DNA of 64,000 bases from Candidatus Krumholzibacteriia bacterium (GTDB lineage Bacteria; Krumholzibacteriota; Krumholzibacteriia; LZORAL124-64-63): contig JBFXKG010000002.1 in NCBI GenBank assembly GCA_050174015.1, forward strand, positions 96,001 through 160,000, written 5' to 3'. Shown here piece after piece: positions 21,181 through 29,260 of the stretch (its first letter is position 1; each line of letters begins with the position of its first letter). Position numbers and translations under genes: made by a program. The notes below the pieces were generated by a model. That model did not search any database. It saw nothing but the letters and a program-made list of their open reading frames with translations, and was not told the DNA's origin.

Positions 21181-21804
21181 CTACCGGAAGGTCGCCTTCA
21201 ACGAGCCCCAGCTGGAGGCGTCGTCGGCCACGCTGCCGCAGTCCTCGTTGTGGTGGCCGATCCCGGTGAAGATGTCCACCGGCTCGAAGGACCACTCGAC
21301 GCAGGGATCGAACAGGTCGTCGATGACGGTGTCCCCGCTGCAGACGCCGGGGCGCCTGATCAGGGTGTGGTTCACGGTGTTCCCATCGTCGCAGGACCAG
21401 TAGCTGCCCGGGTCCTCGCCCACGCGGCCGAAGCTGTCGACGGGAATGCCGTTGAAGGCCAGGACCAGGGCGTCGTCGCCGTTGAAGTTGAGGTTGCCGT
21501 TGGTCTGGTCGGCCAGGGCCAGCAACACGCCGGTCGCCAGGGGGTTGGTCAGGACGAAGACCTCGCCGACGGCCAGATCCACGGCGTCCAGGGGGATGGC
21601 GATGGAAGTCGTGGCGCCGTTGGAGTAGCGTTCGATGGCATAGCCGCCGAGGTTGATGACGTCCTCGGTCCCGTTGTAGATCTCCAAGGCCTTGTTGTCG
21701 CCGGAGCCCTCGACGTATTCGGAGATGATCAGGTCGGAGGTTTGGGCGAAGGCGGTCCCGGCCAGCAGGGTCAGCAAGCCGATTACCGTTAACGATTTCA
21801 TCAT
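21181..21804 (-). CDS. Secreted lamin-tail-domain protein with C-terminal SWGSLKATFR tail
   Basis: Signal peptide (…TAFA|QT). LIISEYVEGSGDNKALEIYNGT, NFNGDDALVL and DSFG..G.DPG are typical of lamin-tail domains. Confidence 0.85.
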   Translation of the reverse strand: MMKSLTVIGLLTLLAGTAFAQTSDLIISEYVEGSGDNKALEIYNGTEDVINLGGYAIERYSNGATTSIAIPLDAVDLAVGEVFVLTNPLATGVLLALADQTNGNLNFNGDDALVLAFNGIPVDSFGRVGEDPGSYWSCDDGNTVNHTLIRRPGVCSGDTVIDDLFDPCVEWSFEPVDIFTGIGHHNEDCGSVADDASSWGSLKATFR

Positions 21805-21898
21805 AGAACTCCTGTTCCAGCTCGGGTTTGGCCGTACACGCAGCGGTGGACGTTCCGGGACCAGGAAGCCTACGCTTTCCGTCCGGGCGAGTCCTGAG

Positions 21899-21928
21899 AT
21901 TATATCAAAACTTACCCAGAATTGTCAA
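21899..21928 (-). promoter_or_regulatory. Consensus sigma70 promoter for 21181..21804
   Basis: Minus strand TTGACA-N18-TATAAT with extended -10 TG. Confidence 0.8.
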
Positions 21929-21941
21929 ACCTAATCGGCCG

Positions 21942-23144
21942 TCACCCGGTCTTCACCCACTCGGGAGGGAAGGCGGCATAGACGGCGCAGGCCTCGATCA
22001 CCTGATCTTCAGGGACGTGCTCGTTGGCGGTATGGGCGACCTCCTCGGGGCCGGGACCCAGCCCGAAGCAGGGGACCCCGTGGAGACCCATGATGCTCAC
22101 GCCGTTGGTGCTGAAGTTCCAGCGGGATGTCTCCGGTTCCCTCCCCAGGACACCATAGTACGCTTTGCGGGCGGCTGCCAGCGCGGAGTGGTCCGGGGGC
22201 AGCACCCAGGTGGGATAGTACTTGTCCATCGGGTAGACCAGCCCGGTCCAGGCCTCCTCCTCGTAGGTGAGGGTGAAGACCTCGGCCTCGACCCCGGCCG
22301 CCGACAGGGCCGCTTCGATCTCGGCGATGGCGGACTCCCTGGTATCGCCGACGGTCAGGCGCCGGTCGACGTGGAACTCGGCTTCGTCGGGGACCGCGCA
22401 CAGGCTGGGGGTCCGGCACCCTATCCAGCTGATCGTGCAGGTGCCCTTGCCCAGGAACTCGTCGTCGGCAAGCTGCAGGTTCAGCTGTTCGATGGCGGTG
22501 ATCGCCGGGGCGATCTTGTAGATGGCGTTGTCCCCGAGATGGGGCATGCTGCCGTGGCACGACTTGCCCTTGACCCGCACGCGGATCTCCATGCGGCCGC
22601 GCTGCCCGCGGTTCAACCGCAGGCTGGTGGGCTCGGTGGAGATCACCAGCTCGGGCCGGAGGGTCTTTTCCTGGAGGATGTGGTGCCAGCACAGGCCGTC
22701 GCAATCCTCCTCCATGACCGATCCCACCATCCAGACCTGCACGCCATCGAGCAGACCCAGCTCCTTCATGAGGGCCCCGGCGTGGACCATGGCGGCCATG
22801 CCCGCCTTCTGATCCACCGCTCCCCGGCCGTACACCATGCCGCCCTCGACCTTGCCCCGGTAGGGGTCGCAGTCCCAGGCGCCGGGGTCGCTGATCCCGA
22901 CGGTGTCGACGTGGGCGTCGAAGGCCATCACGCGGGGGCCGTCGCCCACGCGGCCCAGGACGTTGCCCAGGGCGTCGAACCTGACCTCGTCGAATCCGAC
23001 GGCGCGCATCTCCTGGGCGATGCGCTCGACGACGGCCTTCTCCTTCCCGCTGGGACTGGGGATCGCGACGATGTCGCGGAGGAACCCGATGATCCGGTCG
23101 CGGCGGCCTTCGGCCGCAGCCCTGATGCGTGTCTGTGCGGTCAT
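21942..23144 (-). CDS. ygeY: YgeY-family M20 metallohydrolase
   Basis: ATG at 23144 overlaps the upstream stop (ATGA). DAHVDTVG, GRGAVDQKAG, EEDCDGLCW, TEPT, RGQRGRME, FSTNGV and AHTANE. Confidence 0.85.
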   Translation of the reverse strand: MTAQTRIRAAAEGRRDRIIGFLRDIVAIPSPSGKEKAVVERIAQEMRAVGFDEVRFDALGNVLGRVGDGPRVMAFDAHVDTVGISDPGAWDCDPYRGKVEGGMVYGRGAVDQKAGMAAMVHAGALMKELGLLDGVQVWMVGSVMEEDCDGLCWHHILQEKTLRPELVISTEPTSLRLNRGQRGRMEIRVRVKGKSCHGSMPHLGDNAIYKIAPAITAIEQLNLQLADDEFLGKGTCTISWIGCRTPSLCAVPDEAEFHVDRRLTVGDTRESAIAEIEAALSAAGVEAEVFTLTYEEEAWTGLVYPMDKYYPTWVLPPDHSALAAARKAYYGVLGREPETSRWNFSTNGVSIMGLHGVPCFGLGPGPEEVAHTANEHVPEDQVIEACAVYAAFPPEWVKTG

Positions 23145-24517
23145 GATTGCCATCCCATGTGTTTCCACATCCGGGCCGCGGTCTGCTGCAGGATCTCGGC
23201 CTCGACGGGCGGGTTGTCCCCGCGCTTGTAGACCGGACGGCCGCCCACGTACACCGACTCGATGTCCCACGGGTGGAAGTCGAACAGCAGGTGGCCGAGC
23301 CAGGTGTCGGAGGTCAGCGGGGTCTTCTGGAAGTTGTCGAGGATGATGAAGTCGGCGGGAGCCCCGGGGTCGAGGCTGCCGAAGGGTTCGCCGAAGATCT
23401 CCCGGGCCAGGCGGAAGTTGCCCAGCCAGAACCGGGCGGCGTTGGCGTGGCTCAGCGGCCCGCGGCCGCCCTCGTTGCCCCGGAAGAAGGTGGTGCGCAG
23501 CTCGCCCCACAGGTTGTCGTCCAGGCCGTCGGTGCCCAGGCCCGCCCTGGCGGGGAAGCGATCCACCGGGGCGCGCCCCACGCCGTTGTTCATGTTCGAG
23601 CGGCCGCAGTGGATGAGCCAGACCCCCTTCTCCTCGAGCAGCTGCATGTCGATGGGGGACAGGTCCACCCCGTGGGCGAAGATGCTGCGGGGGCGCACCA
23701 GGCCGTTCAGCGCCAGGCGTTCCAGAGGGTCCTTCCAGCCGCGGTCCCGGCTGACCTCGCGGTCGGTGGTGCCCTCGGCCAGGTGGATGTGCAGGCCGGC
23801 GTCGAAGCGGCTGCAGATGTCCGACAGCAGGGTCAGGGTCTTGTCCTCGAGGGTGAAGCTGGCATGGGCGCCAACCAGGCCGCGGAACCGGGGCACCCCT
23901 GCCTGGGGGCTGTCCATCAGCTTCTGGAGGTAGCGCTCGTTCTCGGCGAGGGTCATGTCCCGCTGGCCCTTGCCGCCGCGGTCGGTGGTCTCGTAGCAGA
24001 GGCAGCCGCGCAGGCCGACCTCGTCCAGGCCCTGCTCGACGCGGTCGAGGGAGTGGCCCACGCAGGCCAGGCTGGCGTGGTGGTCGAAGATCATGGTCGT
24101 GCCGCAGCGCACCGCGTCCCAGGCGCCGGCCTTGGCGCTGAGGTAGATGGCGTCGGCGTCGAGGGCGCGGTCGAGCGGCCACCAGATCTCGGTCAGGATG
24201 TCCGTGAAGGTTTCCAGGGGGGCCTTGGGCAGGGGCATGCCGGCCGCCAGGGCGGCGTAGAGGTGGCCGTGGGCGTTGACGTTGCCGGGCATGACGGTCA
24301 CTCCGGCCAGATCGACGACCTGTTCCCCGGGCAGGGGGACGAGATCCTCGCCCCGCTCGGCGACGCGTTCCCCCTGGATGCGCAGGTCCCCGCGCACCAC
24401 CTGCGGTCGGGGTTCGGCCTCCAGGGCGGCGGGGAAGTAGTCCAGGATCACGGCGTTCTTCAGAAGCAGGGCATCCTGCGGGGAGGCTTGGGATTTGCGG
24501 TCCGCATCCTTGGCCAT
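23141..24517 (-). CDS. SsnA-like amidohydrolase
   Basis: PGNVNAHGHLYAALA, LTEIWWPLDRALD, GTTMIFDHHAS, CYETTDR, GAHASFTL, HIHLAEG, RSNMNNGVG and GTDG. Confidence 0.85.
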   Translation of the reverse strand: MAKDADRKSQASPQDALLLKNAVILDYFPAALEAEPRPQVVRGDLRIQGERVAERGEDLVPLPGEQVVDLAGVTVMPGNVNAHGHLYAALAAGMPLPKAPLETFTDILTEIWWPLDRALDADAIYLSAKAGAWDAVRCGTTMIFDHHASLACVGHSLDRVEQGLDEVGLRGCLCYETTDRGGKGQRDMTLAENERYLQKLMDSPQAGVPRFRGLVGAHASFTLEDKTLTLLSDICSRFDAGLHIHLAEGTTDREVSRDRGWKDPLERLALNGLVRPRSIFAHGVDLSPIDMQLLEEKGVWLIHCGRSNMNNGVGRAPVDRFPARAGLGTDGLDDNLWGELRTTFFRGNEGGRGPLSHANAARFWLGNFRLAREIFGEPFGSLDPGAPADFIILDNFQKTPLTSDTWLGHLLFDFHPWDIESVYVGGRPVYKRGDNPPVEAEILQQTAARMWKHMGWQS

Positions 24518-24612
24518 CACGATCATCCTCCTGCCCGGCGGCTGCTGGGGGTTCGAACTCTGGACCTGGAATCTAACACACCGGATGCGCGGAAGGAAAT
24601 CCGCGCTGGGCG

Positions 24613-24641
24613 AAAAAAGGCCCCGCCGTGGAGGCGGGGCC
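24613..24641 (-). terminator. Intrinsic terminator ending the ABC/Gld-like operon
   Basis: GGCCCCGCC/GGCGGGGCC stem with an A6 run on +. Confidence 0.75.
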
Positions 24642-24661
24642 CTGCCGCGGCCGGGGGACCG

Positions 24662-25705
24662 TCAGCCCTGGTCGGGCCGCAGGTCCTCCAGCGACTTGAA
24701 GATGTTCTTGGTCGTGTAGCTGGTGACCACCCAGATGCGGTCCTGCCCCCGGATGCGCATCCAGGTGCCGGCCTGCCTGTCGCCGTCCGCCGGGCGCTCG
24801 GCGCCGAATTCCAGGACCAGCTCGGTCCCGTCCTCCAGGACCAGCGTGGCCGAGCGGGCGGGCGCGTCCAGGCCGTAGGCGGCCAGGTCGCCCCCGGGAT
24901 CGTCCACGTCGGCCGCCCTGATGTTCACCAGGGAGCCCAGCACGCCGTCGGCCTTGGTCTTGGCCAGCATCTCGGAGCCGGGCTTCACCAGCTTCCATTC
25001 CCAGGTCAGGCGGTCCACCCCGGGATCGGTTCCGGTGGTGTCGCCCTCGGCCGGGGGATTGGGTGCGAACTCCTTGGCCATCTCGATGACCTGGTCGCCG
25101 TCCCGCAGGACGATGCGGTCGACGGCGTTCCGGTCCTCCTTCACCGCCTGCAGGTCGAGGAAGTGGCGGGGCTTGGGCGCGGCGATCTCGCCGTAGATCC
25201 CCAGCTGGGACAGCACGCTTTCGCGGCTGAGGTAGACGGCATCGGTGCCGGGCAGCCTCACGAAGTTGCCGGGCTGCCCCTGGGATGCGTTGCCGGCCTC
25301 CAGCCCGAACACCTGGGATCCTCCCTTGTATCCGCGGATGTGGACGGCGGTTCCGTCGTCCAGACCGTAGTCGGCGAGGACCCCGGGGTCGTCCGACCGG
25401 TACTCCCCGGCCAGGTCGCTCAGGGTGCGCAGCAGGCCGTCGATGCGGTCCTGGCTGACGGGGGCGTCCCAGGACGTGGCCAGGGTCCAGCCTGCGGGGG
25501 CCTTGACCAGGTCGAGGACGACCTCGGTTTCGCCCTGGCCGAGGGTGATGCGGTCGAGGTCGTCGCTCGTGATCTCCCGGTCGATGAGCACCGCGGCGGA
25601 GGACCGGCTGGTGCGCGACTGGTGGGCGCTCTTCTGCCAGAAACTGACGGCCCCCAGCGCCAGCACGACAACCGCCAGGATGATCAGGGTCCTGTTGTTG
25701 ATCAT
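24662..25705 (-). CDS. DUF4340-like membrane-anchored protein
   Basis: Start MINNRTL after GGAGGAG. One N-terminal TM and two LADYGLD/LAAYGLD repeats. Follows the GldG-like gene. Confidence 0.75.
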   Translation of the reverse strand: MINNRTLIILAVVVLALGAVSFWQKSAHQSRTSRSSAAVLIDREITSDDLDRITLGQGETEVVLDLVKAPAGWTLATSWDAPVSQDRIDGLLRTLSDLAGEYRSDDPGVLADYGLDDGTAVHIRGYKGGSQVFGLEAGNASQGQPGNFVRLPGTDAVYLSRESVLSQLGIYGEIAAPKPRHFLDLQAVKEDRNAVDRIVLRDGDQVIEMAKEFAPNPPAEGDTTGTDPGVDRLTWEWKLVKPGSEMLAKTKADGVLGSLVNIRAADVDDPGGDLAAYGLDAPARSATLVLEDGTELVLEFGAERPADGDRQAGTWMRIRGQDRIWVVTSYTTKNIFKSLEDLRPDQG

Positions 25706-25718
25706 GTAGGCTCCTCCA

Positions 25719-27479
25719 TCAATGGGCGCCGCCGGCGCGGCGCAGGGCTTCGGAGTAACGGGCGGCATCCTTGCGCCGCATGCCGGCGCGAATGATGCCG
25801 TAGGCCGCCAGGACCACGGGCACCACCAGGACGACGAACAGGCGCCAGGCCATCTTCTCGCCGGCCTCCACCGCACGGATGACCCGCTGGGTCAGGGTCT
25901 TGGCGCGGATCTCCAGCAGATCGTGGGAGCCGGCCATGAAGTCCACCGCGTTGAGCAGCAGCAGGGCGTTCTGCGGAGCGCTGATGATGTTGTCGTCGAA
26001 CATCTTCGCGCTCCCGATCACCAGCAGCTGGGCGGGCGCCGGGGTGATCTCCGCCGGGGCTTCGGGACCGGCGGGCTCTTCCGCGGCGTCCTCGGCCGGG
26101 GGGGCGGCCTCGGGCCAGGCCGGGACCTCCTTGCCCTCGTAGAGGTCGGGGAACTGCCCGGAAACCAGCACGGCCAGGGGCTGCGGGCCCAGCATGGTCT
26201 TGCCGGCGGGATCGAGGGCGCTGCCCGGCAGCGGGGCCGTGTCGAAGCCCATGGTCCAGCAGTTGGGGCTGGACTCGATGAGGTTCACGGCTTGCAGGCC
26301 GTGGGCGGCCATCTGCTCGACGTCCACGGTCACCGGGGTGCCCCACAGGTAGAACAGCGAACCGATGCGGTTGACCAGAGGGGAATCCTGGAGCATCTGA
26401 TCCTCGGTCACGCGGATCTGCATGGGGACCTTGACCGGCTCGCGGGTCTGCATCCTGAGGCCGCCGAGGTTGACCTCGCGCGGCAGGTCGATGGTCTCCA
26501 TGTTGGCGTCGAAGAAGTGGTCCTCGCCCAGGTCGAGGCCCAGCTCGGCGAGCATGGGCTCGAGCCCGGTGGCGGTCTCGATGCCGCTCAGGGACCAGCC
26601 GCCGCTGCGGCCGGGGCTGTAGTTGTACTCGTGGGCCTGGACGCCCATGACCACGGGCACGCCGCGCCGCAGCGCGCGGCCGATCTCGTAGACCTGGCGT
26701 TCGTTCAGCCCGGTCACGGCCATGACGATCAGGCAGTCGACGTCCTCGGGCAGGGGATCGTCCTCGGTCAGCTGGACGGGGACGGCCTCGTAGTGCCCGT
26801 TGCGCAGCAGCTCACTCAGCTGGGTGTACTGGTCCTGGGGCTCGGGCGGCTGCATGCCCTGCTGCAGGTACATCATGGCCAGCTGCTGGTCCACGGCCTT
26901 GCGCGGGGCGACGACGGCCACGCGCGGCGTCTTCTCGCGGGTCAGGCGGTACACCGGTCCGATGATGTCCTGTTCCAGGGCCGCCAGGTTCTGCGGCAGC
27001 ACCCGAGGCAGCACCTCCTCGGGCTTGTCCTTGTAGGCGATGGTGATCGCGCTCCAGATCAGCTTGATGCCCATCTCGTCCTTCTCGATGGACTGGACCT
27101 GGAACGGCGAGATGCCCTTGCCGGTCAGGGCCTGCTGCATCTGCTCGTCGTCCTGCGGATTGTAGACCGCGAACTGCAGCATGCCGTCGCTGACCTGCTC
27201 GAAGTTGCGCATCTGCTCGGTGATGTCCCGCTCGAGGTTGCGCAGCTGCGTCGGCATCTTGTCGGCCGGGGTGATGTAGAGCTTCACCTGCACGGGCACC
27301 TTCAGGCTCTGCAGGATCTTGACCGCCGGGTCCGAGAGGGTGAACAGGCGGTCGCTGGTCAGGTCCGCCCGCGCGCCCTGCATGTTGCCGGTCACCGAGA
27401 TCAGGAAGAACGCGATGGCCGCCAGCAGCACGGTGGCGACGGCGAAGGTCAGGCGGAAGTTCCGTCGTTTGCTGTTCAT
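25719..27479 (-). CDS. GldG-like ABC auxiliary (ABC_transp_aux) protein
   Basis: RADLTSDRLFTLS, N- and C-terminal TM segments, NALLLLNAVDFM..LLEIRAK. Confidence 0.8.
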   Translation of the reverse strand: MNSKRRNFRLTFAVATVLLAAIAFFLISVTGNMQGARADLTSDRLFTLSDPAVKILQSLKVPVQVKLYITPADKMPTQLRNLERDITEQMRNFEQVSDGMLQFAVYNPQDDEQMQQALTGKGISPFQVQSIEKDEMGIKLIWSAITIAYKDKPEEVLPRVLPQNLAALEQDIIGPVYRLTREKTPRVAVVAPRKAVDQQLAMMYLQQGMQPPEPQDQYTQLSELLRNGHYEAVPVQLTEDDPLPEDVDCLIVMAVTGLNERQVYEIGRALRRGVPVVMGVQAHEYNYSPGRSGGWSLSGIETATGLEPMLAELGLDLGEDHFFDANMETIDLPREVNLGGLRMQTREPVKVPMQIRVTEDQMLQDSPLVNRIGSLFYLWGTPVTVDVEQMAAHGLQAVNLIESSPNCWTMGFDTAPLPGSALDPAGKTMLGPQPLAVLVSGQFPDLYEGKEVPAWPEAAPPAEDAAEEPAGPEAPAEITPAPAQLLVIGSAKMFDDNIISAPQNALLLLNAVDFMAGSHDLLEIRAKTLTQRVIRAVEAGEKMAWRLFVVLVVPVVLAAYGIIRAGMRRKDAARYSEALRRAGGAH

Positions 27480-27480
27480 G

Positions 27481-28206
27481 CTAGTACTTCCTCCCTTCCA
27501 GCCAGAGGGCGTTGAGGGCGAGGAAGACGGCGGTCAGGCCCAGGAAGTAGGCCAGGTCGCCCAGGGAAACCACCCCGCGCAGCATCATGTCGTAGTGGTT
27601 GGAGAGCCCCACGAAGTTCTGGAGGAAGGAGCCCAGGCCGGGCACCCAGCCGTCGATGGTGGCGGCCACTCCGCCCACGCCCAGGATGAAGACCAGGAAG
27701 CAGGCCATGATCCCCAGGATCACCGCCGAGATCTGGTCGCGCATCAGGCCGCTGGTGAAGGTCCCGATGCCCAGGTACAGGGCCCCCAGCAGGGCCGCCC
27801 CGATGTACCCGCTCCAGACGGCGCCCAGGTCGGGGTTGCCCAGGCTGGCGACCATGACGACCAGGGGCAGGGTTCCCGCGAGGGCCAGCAGGTAGAAGCA
27901 GAACGCGGCCAGGTACTTGCCCAGCATGACGTCCCCGGTGCGCATGGGCAGCGTCATCAGCAGCTCGAAGGTGCCGGTGCGCTTGTCCTCGGCCCACAGC
28001 CGCATGCTGACCGCGGGGATGAAGAAGATCAGGAAGAAGGGCAGGTTCCCGAAGAAGGCCCGCAGGTCGGCGGTCCCGTTCAGGAAGAACCCCGTCATGA
28101 ACAGCCCGCTGTTCAGCACCAGGAAGGCGATGATGAAGATGTAGGCGATGGGGCTGTTGAAGTAGGCGGCGAACTCGCGCCGGAAGATGGTAGCGGTGCT
28201 CGTCAT
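27481..28206 (-). CDS. ABC-2 type permease, GldF-like
   Basis: RREFAAYFNSPIAYI, PAVSMRLWAEDKRTGTFELLMTLP and LGKYLA. Confidence 0.88.
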   Translation of the reverse strand: MTSTATIFRREFAAYFNSPIAYIFIIAFLVLNSGLFMTGFFLNGTADLRAFFGNLPFFLIFFIPAVSMRLWAEDKRTGTFELLMTLPMRTGDVMLGKYLAAFCFYLLALAGTLPLVVMVASLGNPDLGAVWSGYIGAALLGALYLGIGTFTSGLMRDQISAVILGIMACFLVFILGVGGVAATIDGWVPGLGSFLQNFVGLSNHYDMMLRGVVSLGDLAYFLGLTAVFLALNALWLEGRKY

Positions 28207-29172
28207 CTACGCCACCCCCCTCATCCGCGCGGCCCGTTCGGTGTGGGCGCGCCTGGTCAGGGCGATGAAGGTGTCCTCGAGGCTGAAGGCGGCCTCGCGA
28301 AGTTCAGCGATTTCCCAGTCCTGCTGGCGGGCCAGACGGGCGACGGCCCCGACCAGGTCCTGGTCGAAGGGACCGCCGATCTCGAAGCGGCAGCCCCGGT
28401 CGACCGTGAGCTGCTTGACGCTGGTCACCTCGGGGAGCCCGCGCAGGGCGCTCTCGATGCCCTCGGGACCGCGGCGCAGACCGCAGAACACCCGGTTGCT
28501 TCCCATGGCCTCGCGGGACAGGGCGTCGATGCGGCCGTCGGCGATGATCATGCCCTCGTTGATGATCACCACCCGGTCGGTCACCGGGCTCACCTCCTGC
28601 AGGATGTGGGTCGAGAAGATGATCGTCTTGTGGCCGGCGAGGCTCTTGATCAGCTCGCGGATGCCCATGATCTGCAGGGGGTCCAGGCCGCTGGTGGGCT
28701 CGTCCAGGATCAGGATGTCCGGGTCGTGGATCAGGGCCTGGGCCAGGCCCGTGCGCTGCCGGTAGCCCTTGGACAGCTCGCCGATGGTCTTCTTGAACTC
28801 CGTCTTCAGACCGCAGGCCTCGACGCACCAGTCGAGGCGCTGGTTGAGCTTCTGGCCGCCGAGGCCGCGGGCGCGGCCCACGAAGGTCAGGTACTCGTCG
28901 ACCTTCATGTCCAGGTACAGGGGCACGTTCTCGGGCAGGTAGCCGATTCGGCTGCGGACCGCCAGGGGCTGCTCCAGGACGTCGATCCCATCCACCTTCA
29001 CGGTGCCCTCGTCGGGGGCCAGGAAGGTGGTGATGATCTTCATCGTCGTGCTCTTGCCGGCGCCGTTGGGACCGAGGAAACCGAGGATCTCTCCCCGGCC
29101 GATCCTGAACGAGACCTCGTCGAGCGCGAGCGTCGTCCCGAAGTTCTTCGTGATTCCACGGACTTCGATCAT
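28207..29172 (-). CDS. ABC transporter ATP-binding protein, GldA-like
   Basis: GPNGAGKST, LSKGYRQR, LILDEPTSGLDP and STH. Confidence 0.92.
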   Translation of the reverse strand: MIEVRGITKNFGTTLALDEVSFRIGRGEILGFLGPNGAGKSTTMKIITTFLAPDEGTVKVDGIDVLEQPLAVRSRIGYLPENVPLYLDMKVDEYLTFVGRARGLGGQKLNQRLDWCVEACGLKTEFKKTIGELSKGYRQRTGLAQALIHDPDILILDEPTSGLDPLQIMGIRELIKSLAGHKTIIFSTHILQEVSPVTDRVVIINEGMIIADGRIDALSREAMGSNRVFCGLRRGPEGIESALRGLPEVTSVKQLTVDRGCRFEIGGPFDQDLVGAVARLARQQDWEIAELREAAFSLEDTFIALTRRAHTERAARMRGVA

Positions 29173-29230
29173 CGCGAAGACTCCTCAGGGGTTGGAAGAA
29201 GAACCGGAAAATAAATGAGTTAACGTGCGC

Positions 29231-29260
29231 AGTATAAGCGCAACCGGGGAGAAACATCAA
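29231..29260 (-). promoter_or_regulatory. Putative sigma70 promoter for the ABC operon
   Basis: Minus strand TTGATG-N18-TATACT. Confidence 0.45.
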
